Shown piece after piece: positions 28,831 to 41,622 of a stretch of DNA of 64,000 nucleotides (position 1 is the stretch's first letter; the number at the start of each line of letters is the position of its first letter). This DNA is from Octopus vulgaris. Taxonomy: Eukaryota. A program made the translations under genes and the position numbers. The notes below the pieces were generated by a model. The model saw only the letters and a list, made by a program, of their open reading frames with translations, did not search any database and was not told the DNA's origin. Where the stretch lies: the NCBI GenBank assembly GCA_951406725.2, contig OX597831.1, positions 81,158,001 through 81,222,000 of the forward strand, written 5' to 3'.

Positions 28831-29378
28831 ATGCCCTGGTGCAGTACCAGGCAGTGGCTCTCATGGCTTCTGATCTTAACTGATTGGAAGTGTTATCATG
28901 TACATTGTTTTGTCTTGGTATAAAAGATGGGCTACATCAAATATTCAGCTCAATACCACAGATTTGCTTGTCAGTTGTTTGACCTTAACCAGTTGAGCAT
29001 GTCCCTTAGTGGCTGACGATATGTGCATCTCTGATCACGAGCAGAAGTAGTGGGGGATCATCATAACCTTGTGTTGAAAGGAATTCTTCGGGGTTTGAAT
29101 AAATCACATCTGGAAACATGGGTGTTTCGTTCAATATCCCTAAACAAGCCTTATTCAGGGACCTTTTGAGCGGGATGGGTTACTCGACCTGAAGAAAATT
29201 CTAACTGGGCCCCACCTGCAAGGTCACATGCTGTTTATCTTGATATGAGATCACCATGTCATGTACATATGGTTGTGATGCATGTGCCTGGTGTACCCTT
29301 ATCAGACGGGTAGTCATGATGGGTATACTGGACTTCGTATATTTCACCCGTGTCACTTTGATGGCATGCACTGCTCTC
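28831..29378 (+). mobile_element. ~550-bp non-coding element embedded in (TAA)n, putative non-autonomous partner of the R4/Dong elements
   Basis: Unique sequence bounded sharply by (TAA)n on both sides; no RLE ORF; 3' stem-loop gtaccc...gggtat resembles the R4 3' UTR stems. Confidence 0.55.
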
Positions 29379-29440
<62 letters not shown>

Positions 29441-29441
<1 letters not shown>

Positions 29442-30405
29442 GACAAAGGCACATGAAAATTTAGCTAGCAGATGGGAATAGAAACCTTTCCATGGCAAGT
29501 ATGTAGCCCGTAGCAAACAAGCTGATGTCGACCAGAAACACAAGCACCAATGGTTACGAAGCTCAGGGCTAAAAGCAGAGAGTGAAGATTTCATATTAGC
29601 TGCTCAAGACCAAAGCTTATTAACCCGGAACTACCAAACCAATGTGATGAAAAATGGAGCTGACCCAAAATGCCGATTCTGTAACGATGAGATTGAAACA
29701 ATAGATCACCTAATCTCAGGGTGTAGAGTCTTAGCACCTGCAGAATATAAAGCAAGACATGACAGAGTCGGCCAGTATTTACACTGGACAATATGTCGGC
29801 ATTATAAAATCAAAACCGCTGACATATGGTATAAATACTATCCTGAAGCCGTGACTGAGGGTGAAAATGTGTCGATTCTATGGGACTTCCCCGTACAGAC
29901 CGACAAGACTATAAAAGCTAATAAACCGGATATTATTATAAAAGATCAGACAAAAAAGATGTGTTTATTAATTGACATGAGTATTCCTTGCGATCACAAT
30001 ATAGCGGCGAAAGAATTTGACACGATTAGTAAATATAAAGACTTGCTAATAGAAATTGAAAAAAATGTGGCATCTCAAGGCGACTACAGTACCAGTGATT
30101 GTAGGATCTCTAGAAGTGATAAAAAAGAAAGGTACAGAAGCCTAATTGAAGATTCTATCAGGCTTACCATCCCTACATGAAGTGCAAAAAATCGTATTAA
30201 CTGGAACGGCTCATGAGAAGAGCATTATCGCTGTGAAAACAACATCCATTCATGGATTTATTTATTTATTAATTTTTAAATACATATTTTACCTGTGAAT
30301 TTGCTGTGTGTAATCTGGGAACGCATACAATGAGCTTCTCTGCCCTAGGTGTACGGAAAACACTCGGCAAGAAACGGAAGAAAATTTGAAGAAAGAAGGA
30401 AAAAC
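29441..30405 (+). mobile_element. 5'-truncated R4/Dong-type element (subfamily A2)
   Basis: ORF 29644-30180 KCRFCNDEIETIDHLISGC...ILWDFPVQTDKTIKANKPDII...LLIDMSIP...KYKDL; 3' UTR similar to the 7212 copy; (TAA)n flanks. Confidence 0.92.
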
Positions 30406-30420
30406 ATAATAATAATAATA

Positions 30421-31402
30421 ACAAAATTACAGAAATATCTATTTCAGCGGCAAGGAAAACTGATGCAAAAATAGCCCCCAAAACACGAACAAAACAAAAA
30501 ACTGTTTTGTGTCTTTAAGGAACTTGTCAGATACAAAAATAAATCATAGTATGTAACAACTATGAAAAAAGCAACGTATCATGATAAAACGATGGTAAGG
30601 AAAGTCCCTTCATGACAAATAGTGGGTTAAACTGATGCAGTATTAGAAAAGAAATCGACACAGCAAAATCCCATCAATGGCTGAGAAGCTCGGGACTCAA
30701 AGCAGAGACTGAAGGATTTTTAAATGCAGCACAAGACTAAAGCCCACCCACCAGAAATTTCCAAAAACATATAATGAAAAGAAACACAACAAGTAACTGC
30801 AGAACATGTGGAGTTGGACAAGAAACAATAAATCATATTGCCTCTGGCTGCCCAGTCTGGCTAAGAAGGAATATATTCACAGACACGATACAACAGGAAC
30901 TTATATACACTGGAAGCTATGCCAACATTATGGAATCTCATCAGAAAAATGATGGTTATAGACACCCCAGAAAAGGTCGCAAAAAATGAGAAAGCAATCA
31001 TACTCTGGGATATGCCAATACACACAGATAGAGGAATCGAGGCTAATAGGCCAGATATAGTTGTCAGAGATCATCAAGGGAAAAAATGCTTTCTAATCGA
31101 TGTATCAATATACCAACAGATGACAACCTTTCTCTAAAAGAAACAGAAAAACTTTCAAAATACAAAGACCTAACAGCAGAAACAATTCCTATCATAATAG
31201 GTGTATTAGGTATGATGAAAAAAAAAATTCTGACAAATACATAACAAAAACACCAGGACTAACAGATATATATATAACATACAGAAAATAGCACTACTGG
31301 GCACCGCACACATCCTACGTAAAACGCTTTCAATACAGTAACCATAAGAGCATAACAGCGAACCACAGCATATACCCAAGGCGCAGAGAGCCGCACTCGG
31401 TG
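30421..31402 (+). mobile_element. Degenerate R4/Dong-type element (subfamily D)
   Basis: SHQWLRSSGLKAETEGF, CRTCGVGQETINHIASGC, ILWDMPIHTDRGIEANRPDIVV, IQKIALLGTAHILRKTL; many frameshifts. Confidence 0.88.
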
Positions 31403-31474
31403 GAATTTGAACTCAGAACGAAATGCCACTAAGCATTTTGCCTGGCGTGGTAACGATTCTGCCAGCTTGCCGCT
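31399..31474 (-). mobile_element. tRNA-derived SINE head
   Basis: Reverse complement gcggcaagctggcagaatcgttacc...ttctgagttcaaattccacc carries Pol III A and B boxes; same family as 48.2 kb. Confidence 0.75.
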
Positions 31475-31494
31475 CTACTGCTACTGCTGCTGCA

Positions 31495-31607
<113 letters not shown>

Positions 31608-31609
31608 TG

Positions 31610-31678
<69 letters not shown>

Positions 31679-33044
31679 GTTTCTTCATCAAAGTCATTGA
31701 AATTTAAACGTGATTTTGCATCCATAACAAGTATTTTAAATATTTCATTCGTAGTATTCTTCCATTACTGGTTCTTTATTGGTAGTTTTTTTCCAATTTT
31801 AATGTTTTGTTTTATTTTTATTTTCAATTTAGAAAAAAATTCTTGACTGTGAATTAATTTTTCTCCCAATTATCACGTTGAGATAATAACAGATTGGTGA
31901 AAGAATAAAGGGGTGTGGTGTGGTGGAGATGGATAGTGACATAGGGAAAAAGGGAGTGTTAAAGAGAGACGGAGAGTCAGAGAGGAAGAGAAGGAGAAGG
32001 AAAGAAAGAAAGAGGGAGAGGGGCTAGAATTATTAAAAAGGCAGAAATGAGGTTTGGAAAAAATTAATTTTGTTAGGGTTTTGTTTTTTAATCTAGATGT
32101 GAAATGAATTAAAGAATTTAGGATTAGATTTTGGTTGCTGTATTTTTATTTATTTTTCCGAAGTTGGAAACAGAATTTAATGTTTCTGTCTTGGAAAATA
32201 AATAAACAAAAAAAAAGGAAGAAAATAAAAAAAAACCCGAAGAAATAACATGCAACAAATATAAATAAAATAATTAATAAACAGAAATTTCTATGTTAGA
32301 ATATTGTAGCTTTCTAATTAAACATCGACATTTTAAAGTTTGAAATAAAAAAAAAGTTCGTTAGAAGTTTGAAAAACTTTCAGATTCGTTGTTTTCTGAT
32401 AAAAATATTTTTCTTGTTTCAATACAACAGAGAGAGGTGAAGAGAAAAAGAAAGAAGGGAAGAAGAGAGGGAAAAGGAGAGAGAGAGGGGGGTATACGAC
32501 AGACAGAGAGAGGTGTGGAAAGGAGAGAGCGGAGGAAGAGAGATAGGTTGAAAGAGAGAGAGAGACAGAGAAAGAGAGAGAGAGAGACAGAGAAAGAGAG
32601 AGAGAGACAGAGAAAGAGAGAGAGAGAGAGTGTGTGCGGAATTGTTTTAGTGACCCAGTTGTAGGTGCAACACGTAATTTGTTGTTACCTTAGAAAGGGG
32701 TTCTCAGCCCCTTTCTATCTCAACTCTCCCTCCCACACAGATCCATGAAATGTTTTTATAAATGACCCCTTCTCATGCTCCATTCCCTTAAAAATCTAGA
32801 GTAATTTAATCAAACCTAGACAAATTTCTTTTGCACTTGTTTACGATCCCTATTTTCTTTTACTCTCCAATCCAGTTTTAGATAATTCTAGAGACTATGT
32901 GAAGAAGAAGAAGAAGAAGAAGAAGAAGAAGAAGAAGAAGGAGGAGGAGGAGGAGGAGGAGGAGAAGGCGAAGAAGAAGGAGGAGGAGGAGGAGGAGGAG
33001 AAGAAGAAGAAGAAGAAGGAGGAGGAGAAGAAGAAGGAGAAGGA

Positions 33045-33112
<68 letters not shown>

Positions 33113-33128
33113 TAGTATAATAATAATA

Positions 33129-34307
33129 GTGTATATTGTTAACTGGTCAATTACTGAAATATGTCAGCTCGACAGAAAAATAAGGAAACTGTTGACAATG
33201 CATAGAATGCACCACCCTAAGGCAGATACAGAACGACTCTATCTGCCAAGAAAAGAGGGAGGCCGTGGTCTTTTGCAACTGGCAATAACAATGAAGATTG
33301 CTACAATTGGCCTAGACACCTACCTGAAAAACTCTGAGGACTGGATGCTAAAACTTGTCTCAAAACATGAAAACAAGAAAGCATCATACTCAGTCACAAA
33401 ACAGGCAAAGGAATATCTAAGTGAATTCCGAATACAACCAATTTCAGAATTAGAGATAGATATACAAGAAACAAGCACAGAAAAAGCTAGGCGCATGAAA
33501 ACCCGTGCCAAAACTGCGGCCTTAGATATTCTGAATAATAAATGGCAAGAAAAACCTCTCTATGGCAAATACCCAAAGAGAGCGAATAATGCAGATATCG
33601 ACAAAGCCCTGACCCATCAATGGCTAATGGCCTCTGGCTTAAAATCTGAAACAGAGGGGTTTATCATAGCAGCTCAAGATCAATGCCTACCAACAAGAAA
33701 CTACCAGGCCAACATATTAAAGATCAGAAGCAGTCCAACGTGTCGTGTATGCAAGCAACAAAATGAAACCATTGATCATGTGGTCTCCAAGTGCAGTCTT
33801 CTAGCGCCTACAGAGTATCTCAACAGGCACGATAGAGCTGCACAATATATTCACTGGGTAATCTGTAAAAACCTGGATTTGCCCCATGAAAAAAACTGGT
33901 GGGAACACAAACCACCCCCAGTGCTTGAAAATGACCACATCTCACTCCTCTGGAACTTCACCATTCAAACTGACAGGAAGATAGATGCAAATAGGCCAGA
34001 CATCATATTGAAAAACTTCAAACAAAGAACATGCCTCCTCATTGATATGACTGTCCCAATCGATATAAACGTATCTGTCAAGACCTACCAAAAACTGAGC
34101 AAATATAAATATCTTGAAATAGAAATCAGCAAAATGTGGAAGCTGAAGACTAAAACAATACCTGTTGTCATAGGTGCCCTGGGAATGATAGCAAAAGGGG
34201 CTGATAGCTACCTAACTCAGATACCAGGAAACCCAAAAATGGCAGAAGTTCAAAAGATAGTGCTCATGGGAACTGCTCATATCCTACGCAAAATACTCTC
34301 TATGTAA
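33129..34307 (+). CDS. C-terminal part of retrotransposon polyprotein (RT thumb, CCHC zinc knuckle, restriction-like endonuclease); 5'-truncated, probably not expressed
   Basis: LDRKIRKLLT..HHPKAD.ERLYLPRKEGGRGL, CRVCKQQNETIDHVVSKC, RHD, RPDII...LLIDMTVP...K..KY, IPVVIGALG, LMGTAHILRKIL; no genuine start codon. Confidence 0.85.
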   Translation: MYIVNWSITEICQLDRKIRKLLTMHRMHHPKADTERLYLPRKEGGRGLLQLAITMKIATIGLDTYLKNSEDWMLKLVSKHENKKASYSVTKQAKEYLSEFRIQPISELEIDIQETSTEKARRMKTRAKTAALDILNNKWQEKPLYGKYPKRANNADIDKALTHQWLMASGLKSETEGFIIAAQDQCLPTRNYQANILKIRSSPTCRVCKQQNETIDHVVSKCSLLAPTEYLNRHDRAAQYIHWVICKNLDLPHEKNWWEHKPPPVLENDHISLLWNFTIQTDRKIDANRPDIILKNFKQRTCLLIDMTVPIDINVSVKTYQKLSKYKYLEIEISKMWKLKTKTIPVVIGALGMIAKGADSYLTQIPGNPKMAEVQKIVLMGTAHILRKILSM

Positions 34308-34522
34308 TCTCAAGGTTTAAAACAAACATAATTTTCGGTTAAAAAAAAAAAAAAAAAAAAAAATTTTTTTTTTAGACATTCATTAGTACAACATCCCCAC
34401 CCCCAAATATATGGCACACTAGGCATAACAACAACATGAACTTCCAACCCTGTTGTCTCTTGAGGTCTCTGGGTGAGACTTGGAGCCAACTTGTACAAAT
34501 ATAAAGCAAAAGTCAAACATAG
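33129..34522 (+). mobile_element. 5'-truncated R4/Dong-type element (subfamily B), best-preserved copy
   Basis: Open 392-codon frame plus ~215-nt 3' UTR; (TAA)n on both sides. Confidence 0.95.
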
Positions 34523-34538
34523 AATAATAATAATAATG

Positions 34539-34584
<46 letters not shown>

Positions 34585-34804
34585 GAAGAAGAAGAAGACG
34601 TCCGTTTCGATGAATTTAAGATAATCAGGCATTGTTCTGCTCCCTGGTGACACAGTGCCCATGGAACGATGAGTATTGTACCCAGCTTAAATATTGTATT
34701 ACTAAGGTGGCTCCGTCCTCTCTAAACTAGAGGTGTCATACACACGGTGAGTGGCAACGTTTAGTCCCGCCATATTTATCTTTCTTGGTTGGGACTGAGT
34801 AACC

Positions 34805-34859
<55 letters not shown>

Positions 34860-35519
34860 GCGGTTAATTGTTCTCTCGTCTCCACGCGTTCCGTTCTTAC
34901 TCTATTCTACTTCATTATCAGTCATGGAGGTGGGTTTTTCCCATCCCATTATTATTCCGCAACATCCTCGACTCTCAATTTTTTTTTTATAACTTCTTAT
35001 TTTTTCGTGTCATTTCAACTTCCGTATTTGTTGTCTTTATCGAACAGAAAAGATTTTTTTTCCCACTGCTCTTTTACTTATTATATTTTCGTGATCCAGT
35101 AAGTTGTACGAATAATGCCCCTACCCACCTCTGGTCGTCATAAATATCTTTTTCTGTCAGATTTTGTGTAGAATATTGTAAAAGCAATCACAACTCTCAT
35201 CGTTTCTCTCTTCATTAATTTAATATTAGTTGAGGCTATTAAACCTAGAAATGAGACAACTTGAGTACAGATGCCTATTATTTTTGTAATTTTTGTTTTA
35301 TTTTTGTTGTTATCACGTTCTTTTCTTTATTTATGTGAATTAGCTCTTTGATTCGTAAGCATATCTAAGTCTGCATTCGATAAAATTTTTACACTTCTGT
35401 TTCTTGGATTATTATTATTATTATTGTTGTTGTTGTTGTCATCGCCTGGCTTGATTGGTCTGCTGTATGAGCTTTGCTTTTATATGCCAAACTTGTCTGG
35501 CAGCCTCTTAGCAGATATC

Positions 35520-36666
35520 TGCCGCAATTGGCGAGAATTCTTAGCCCTGTGAATCGAGGAGCGGTGGCACTGCTGAAAAAGGGCTCCAAACAAAGATGAC
35601 CACTAGAAAACTGTTGAACTCAGACTTAAAAATTTTGGCCAAGGGGCTAGCAAAGAGGTTGGCACCTGCCGTTAAGGAACTGACTGGTGAGGCGGAAACA
35701 TGTATCATCCAAGCAGACCCATCCACGACAATCTCGACCTCATCCGATACATCATAAACAGGGTAAGTAAAGAAGCTGACAATCTATTATTGGATCAATC
35801 TAGAACCATCGGTAGACATTCTTTATGGCTAGTTATGAGCAAATGCGATTAGGTTCTTGGGGAGAGTGGACGCCGACGAGAATCAACTGACTGGTCTGAC
35901 CCGGTGACTTTCGGGTCGGAGTGTACGGATAATTTCCAGAAATCTTTGGCCTGGCAGTGCTACCGAGGAGCATTGCAGGTTTGGGATAAGCTCTACAGAC
36001 ATGGAAGTGCCTTCAACCGGGCTTGCCCAAGATGCGTGCAGGGCAACGAAACTTTCCTGCACGCTCTCGTCCACTGCCCAAGTATTGTTAACCTGTGGGT
36101 TTATGTTAAAACACCTGTTGTTACTTGTAGGACGGACCCGGCTATCGGCTGAGTCCATTGGGAAGATCGTCCTGCCACCTTCCTTTTGCCAAGAAGGGCA
36201 GGCAGTGTTTCTTTGTCTGGTGGCCTTTAGAAAAGATACTCCGTGGTGGACCAGATTGAAATGGCTCAAGAAATATACTTTCATCTTTGGCCAAGCCCAT
36301 ATCAACTTTTTCAAGTTTTACTTGAAAAGGAAAGTGAGGGTAGAGAAAGACGTGCTGCCTCCTAGTAATTTCGTTGAAAGGTGGGTGAATGTGACAAGAA
36401 TTGTCTGAGTGAACGGGCCTGCTCTAAGTATGTGCCTATAGACGATAAGGAGAGGACACTTGCCCTAGTGGTCAGGGCCTCTGTGGTTTTGATGAGTTTC
36501 CACGAGCAGCTCTCGGAAATCTCTCTCTTTTGGGAAACTTTTTATTGTTAAATTATTTTGTCGTTTTCACTCTTTTCACGCCCCATTTTGTGTAACCTCA
36601 CGTTGTGTTGTCTTGTACCGTATTCGGTATGTTTTTTCGTGAACCCTTTATGGCTAATAAAGAAAA
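35520..36666 (+). mobile_element. Degenerate L1/Tx1-clade LINE fragment (RT start, zf-RVT, 3' UTR)
   Basis: LLNSDLKILAKGLAKRLA (~35611-35665), CPRCVQGNETFLHALVHCP, FKFYLKRKVRVE; T-rich 3' UTR ending ccctttatggctaataaagaaa. Confidence 0.8.
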
Positions 36667-37987
36667 CATTATTATCATTACAAGTAGTAGTAGGAGTAGT
36701 AGTTTCTTTTTCGGACAACTTTAGAGAATATATGTGTATATGTGTGTCTGCGTACATACGTACATACATACATACGTACATACATACAAATACATAGAGA
36801 AATTTTACATGTATGTCTAGGCACACACGTATACACACACAAAATTACACAGACTCAAACACAGAGATAAGTCTAATACACAAATATACAGACACGTTCA
36901 TGCAATCAAGTACGCAAGCACGCGCGCGCACACACACAAACACACACACCTACACCTACACAATCAGCAACACAAACATGTATTATACACACGTACAAAT
37001 CCCATATATATAAGTTAGTTAGTGGTGCGTGTTTAAATTCAGTCAATCTTGGGGAAGAAATAGCTTGTTCAGTGAGGGCAGGGTAGAATGTAAATAGAGA
37101 TTTCACTTAGATAACTGTCGGCGACCGATTATTTAAAGAGAAACACAAGAAAAGTATATCCCCTCCTGCCCGATCCCTTGACCACCCCACACACCCGTAT
37201 TCTCATAAATTTAGGGACCTATTTAAGGTGCCAATACCCGCCCACCCTCATCTAAACACCACCAATATCATCTAAGACTTAGATAAGCTAAAACGGATTT
37301 CTTCCTTAAGACAAACGCAATAACAGCACCGAGCATTCTCATATTCGTGCCACATCAAAAGTAGGAGCGTCGACCGTGCAGCTTGGATATCAAAAGTACG
37401 AGGGATCGAATGACATGCGAGCTACTTACTTATTTATTTATATTTTACATGTTTTTTCGTTTTTTTTTTTCAATTTTGTTTCTTATATGTATTCGTGTTG
37501 TTTCGGTTGTTGATGAAGACGTTGATGTTGTTGACGAGGATCATGATAATGATGGTGATGATGATGATGATGATTTCGATGGATGTAATTTTATACTGAT
37601 AAGGCATTGTTTTCTTTTTTTACTTTATCTTGGTGCTATTGTTATTTTAATAAGTTTGTGTCTGTGCGTGTGTATGTGTGTGTGTGTGTAAAGCATTTAT
37701 GTATATGAATGTGTATGTGTATACGTGTGAGAGTGTACGAGTGTTTATGTACGTACATGTGTGTAAATTTATGCGTACGTTTGTGTGTTTATGCATATGT
37801 ATGTGTGTAAATATATATACATACACACATACATACGCATATATACACATGCATGTATAAACGTATATGTATGTATAAACATACACATAGAGATATACAT
37901 ACATGAATACACGCACACATACGCACACACACACATGCACAAATACATACATACACTTATTGTACACACACACACACACATCTATAT

Positions 37988-38125
37988 AGGCGAAGTTTTA
38001 GGAGTGTGGCTAAAAAGTGCGCTTCGCAACTCCATGTCTGTAAGTTCGATCCCACAACACAACTCTTTGGACAAGGGCTTTCTACCACAGCCTCAGATTG
38101 ACGAATGCTTTGTGAGTGGTGTTTG
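37988..38125 (+). mobile_element. tRNA/CORE-like SINE 5' part, degenerate
   Basis: B box agttcgatccc followed by ctttggacaagggctttctacc, resembling 44905-45062. Confidence 0.6.
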
Positions 38126-38142
38126 GTACACGGAAACCGAGT

Positions 38143-38234
<92 letters not shown>

Positions 38235-38467
38235 TGGTGTATGTGTGTGTTTGCTTTTTTGCAACTGGATGGGTTTGTATGCGTTGGGCGTGTACCCCTC
38301 CACTTCCTCCTTCTCCTCCTCCTCCTCCTCCTACTACTACTACTACCACCACCCTTACAACGACTGCAGAGACCAAAACCAGCAATGGACATCATTAACA
38401 TGGTTCATTTAATAACTACCACCCAATACTACAGCCACAACAGAAAAAACACCGCTTACTCCTGGCC

Positions 38468-38628
38468 AGGTACGGTGTAGTTGTACGGTGGTACGGTATA
38501 GTGGTATGGTGTAGTGGTACGGTATAGTGGTACGGTGTAGTGGTACGGTATAGTGGTACGGTATAGTGGTACGGTGTAGTGGTACGGTGTAGTGGTACGG
38601 TATAGTGGTACGGTGTAGTGGTACGGTG
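38468..38628. repeat. 13-bp minisatellite (GTGGTACGGTRTA)n, ~12 units
   Basis: Direct reading. Confidence 0.95.
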
Positions 38629-38939
38629 TCGTTTGAACAGGTTTTATTAACGATCTTTTATAGACCCCTATCGATATTAGAAATCCTTTCAGTATGCGTT
38701 ATACATTTTTACTTGTCGTTCGTTTACAATGCATTTTCCATTTATAAAAGCTACATACATACATACAATACATACATACAATACATACATACATACACAC
38801 ATATATACATACAATCATACATACATACATACATACATACACACATATATACATACATACATACATACATACATACAATACATACATACATACATACAAT
38901 ACATACATACATACATACATACATATGTATGTATGTAGC

Positions 38940-39588
38940 TTTTATCTTTTATTTGTTTCAGTCATCAGACAGTGGCCATGCTGGAGTGCTTGGAAGAATT
39001 TTGGTCGAATGAATCGACTCCCTACCTGGACGGGACGCCGGCCCGTCGCAGGTGAGCTGCTTGATGTAGGAAGAAAGAGTAAGAGAAAGTTGTGGCGAAA
39101 GAGACCAAGACGAGTTATCAAGCGATGATGGGCGACAAATATAGATACACACACGCGCGCGCGCGTACATTTAACACAAACATCTTTCAGTTTCCACCTA
39201 CCAGATCCATTCAACTGGCTTTGGTCGGCTCGAAGCTATAGCAGACGACACTTGCCTAAGGTGTCACGCAATGAGACTGAACCCGTGGCTGGAAAGCAAA
39301 CTTCCTACCACACAGCCACGCACGCCTATACACATATTCTTTTTTTTCTTTTATTCTTTTACTTGTTTCAGTCACTTGACTGCGGCCATGCTAGAGCACT
39401 GCCTTTAGTCGAGCAAATCGACCCCAGGACTTATTCTTTGTAAGCCTAGTACTTATCCTATCGGTCTCTTGTGCCGAACCACTAAGTCACGGGGACGTAA
39501 ACATATCAGCATCGGTTCGTTTAATTACAATGCATTTTCCATTTATAAAAGCTACATACATACATACATACATACATACATACATACA

Positions 39589-39619
<31 letters not shown>

Positions 39620-39797
39620 GTATGTATGTAGCTTTTATCTTTTATTTGTTTCAGTCATCAGACAGTGGCCATGCTGGAGTGCTTGGAAGAATTTTGGTCG
39701 AATGAATCGACACCAGTACTTATCTTTTTAAAGTCTGGTACCTATTCTATCGGCCATGTGGTTGGTAAGCAAGCTACTTACCACACAGCCACTCCTA
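38940..39797 (-). mobile_element. Cluster of nested or duplicated SINE fragments
   Basis: Repeated tails ttttatttgtttcagtca...ggccatgctggag and heads with gtggtaagtagcttgcttaccaacc and ttcagtctcattgcgtgacaccttaggcaagtgtc on the minus strand. Confidence 0.75.
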
Positions 39798-39833
39798 CAC
39801 ACACACACACACACACATACACACAATATTATA

Positions 39834-40386
39834 CAGGGTGACCCCAAAAAGACAGAACCCATAAAAATTTCATTAAACCCTACAAAGGTCCAGCAAACTT
39901 CTGTGTACGATCATTCATTCCCTTTGCATAAAAGTCGTGTTCTGCTCAAAATATCCTCCAAATGGCATACGTCGCGCAAACACTTGTATACGTCGGGCAA
40001 AATTGTGAATTACTCGAATAGATTCCTGTCTGGGGATTTCCCTGATTTCTGCTGTGATTGCTGCCTTCAGTTCACCAATCGTTTGAGGGTTGTTCTGGTA
40101 AACATTATCCTTGAGATACCCCAGATAAAAATCTGGCGGGTTGGGGTTGGAGTTTAAGTCCGGTGAATGCGGTGTCCATTCCACGTCACACTTCCTGCTG
40201 ATCAGTCTCTCCTGAAATCGCTTTCTCAGCCCCAGGTTAGGGAGTCATTTGATACATGGGGGTGGAGTTTGCCCCATTTTGCTGGATCCACTGTTCATCT
40301 CGATCTATCCATCTGCGTCGTTTTATTCAAAAAGTTTTATTCAAAGATTTGTGGGTTCTGTTTTTTCTTCGGGAGGGGTTACCCTG
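39834..40386 (-). mobile_element. Internally deleted Tc1/mariner-superfamily transposon (maT/rosa-like)
   Basis: TA-cagggtgaccccaaaaagacagaaccc ... gggttctg...ggttaccctg-TA TIRs; ORF 39915-40184 WTPHSPDLN..PPDFYLGYLKDNVYQNNPQTIGELKAAI is a transposase C-terminus. Confidence 0.88.
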
Positions 40387-40652
40387 TATTATATTTCATG
40401 TATATACACGCATACATATAATGAAATAATGTAATACATATAGACTTTATATAAACAATAACAATCTTATATTATTATTGTATTTTAATTATATATATAT
40501 ATATATATATGTTATAATTTAGGGTATCTAAGAGATACCACCACGCTGGAAATAGCAGTCAAAACTTGACTCTAAAACCACATTAAATGTTCATACAGCA
40601 CCAGGAGAGAAGGCAAAGAGACTAAATAAACTAGCAAAAAAATTATTAGATA

Positions 40653-40711
40653 ATTCCAGATCCCGGATTTCTGACTCTGCATAAGAAATGCTCTGCCTTC
40701 ATCAGTGGAAT
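40653..40711 (-). ncRNA. Type I hammerhead ribozyme motif
   Basis: Minus strand: AUUCCA-CUGAUGA-AGGCAGAGCAUUUCUUAUGCAGAGUCA-GAAAU-CCGGG-AUC-UGGAAU. 6-bp stem I, AUC triplet, imperfect stem II. Confidence 0.7.
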
Positions 40712-40895
40712 ATACCCAGAAATCACATAAATACAAATATATATATATACAACATACGATATACTTACATATACGATCGTAAACATACATATATATGCAC
40801 GTATTCACATATATATGCACGTGTGCATACATGCATATATATGTATGTATACGTTCGTATATGTAAGTATATCGTATGTTGCATATATATATATA

Positions 40896-40933
<38 letters not shown>

Positions 40934-41233
40934 CGTATGTATGTATACATAATTAGACAAGACCCTTTCGAATGAGCAACACAATCCACGGCCCCATACT
41001 TTGAAATGACTAAACATGAACTACCATTGGAACTTACATACCATGTAGAGGAAACGTTTTTATCACTTCTGTCCACCACTTTGCTCGAATAACGGAATTG
41101 CAACTACAATATCTTTATAGTGTTTATATTTATATTTCTACACTCATTCTCTTATTTCCCTCTATATTCCCTCTCTCCTCCTTTTCCATAATAATTCCTT
41201 ATTTCGAACTCAAATATTTAACTATCTCACATT

Positions 41234-41281
41234 GTCTCTGATGAAGGGATAGCCATAATATCCCAGAAACAGCTGTAAGAC
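41234..41281 (+). ncRNA. Minimal type I hammerhead ribozyme motif
   Basis: GUCU-CUGAUGA-A-GGGAUA-GCCAUAA-UAUCCC-A-GAAAC-AGCU-GUA-AGAC. All three stems pair, stem III is palindromic, (TA)n lies ~90 nt downstream. Confidence 0.85.
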
Positions 41282-41364
41282 TATATCTATATCTAGATCT
41301 ATATCTTTTCCCTTATAAATGTCCCGAAAACTCCTCACAGCCTTCGCTTTGTTATCTCATTTTG

Positions 41365-41422
<58 letters not shown>

Positions 41423-41536
41423 TTATAGAAGTGAGTTCTAGTCCTGTAGAAGCTCCTTCTATAAAATAAATTAATTTACTCTGCTATGTATTGAGTACCT
41501 TATTTACTGTGGTTAACCCCGACTCAACCCGGGACC

Positions 41537-41622
<86 letters not shown>

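Noticed and set aside
38468-38628. Regular repeat considered as a CRISPR array
   Set aside because: Contiguous 13-bp units with no unique spacers, in a eukaryotic context.
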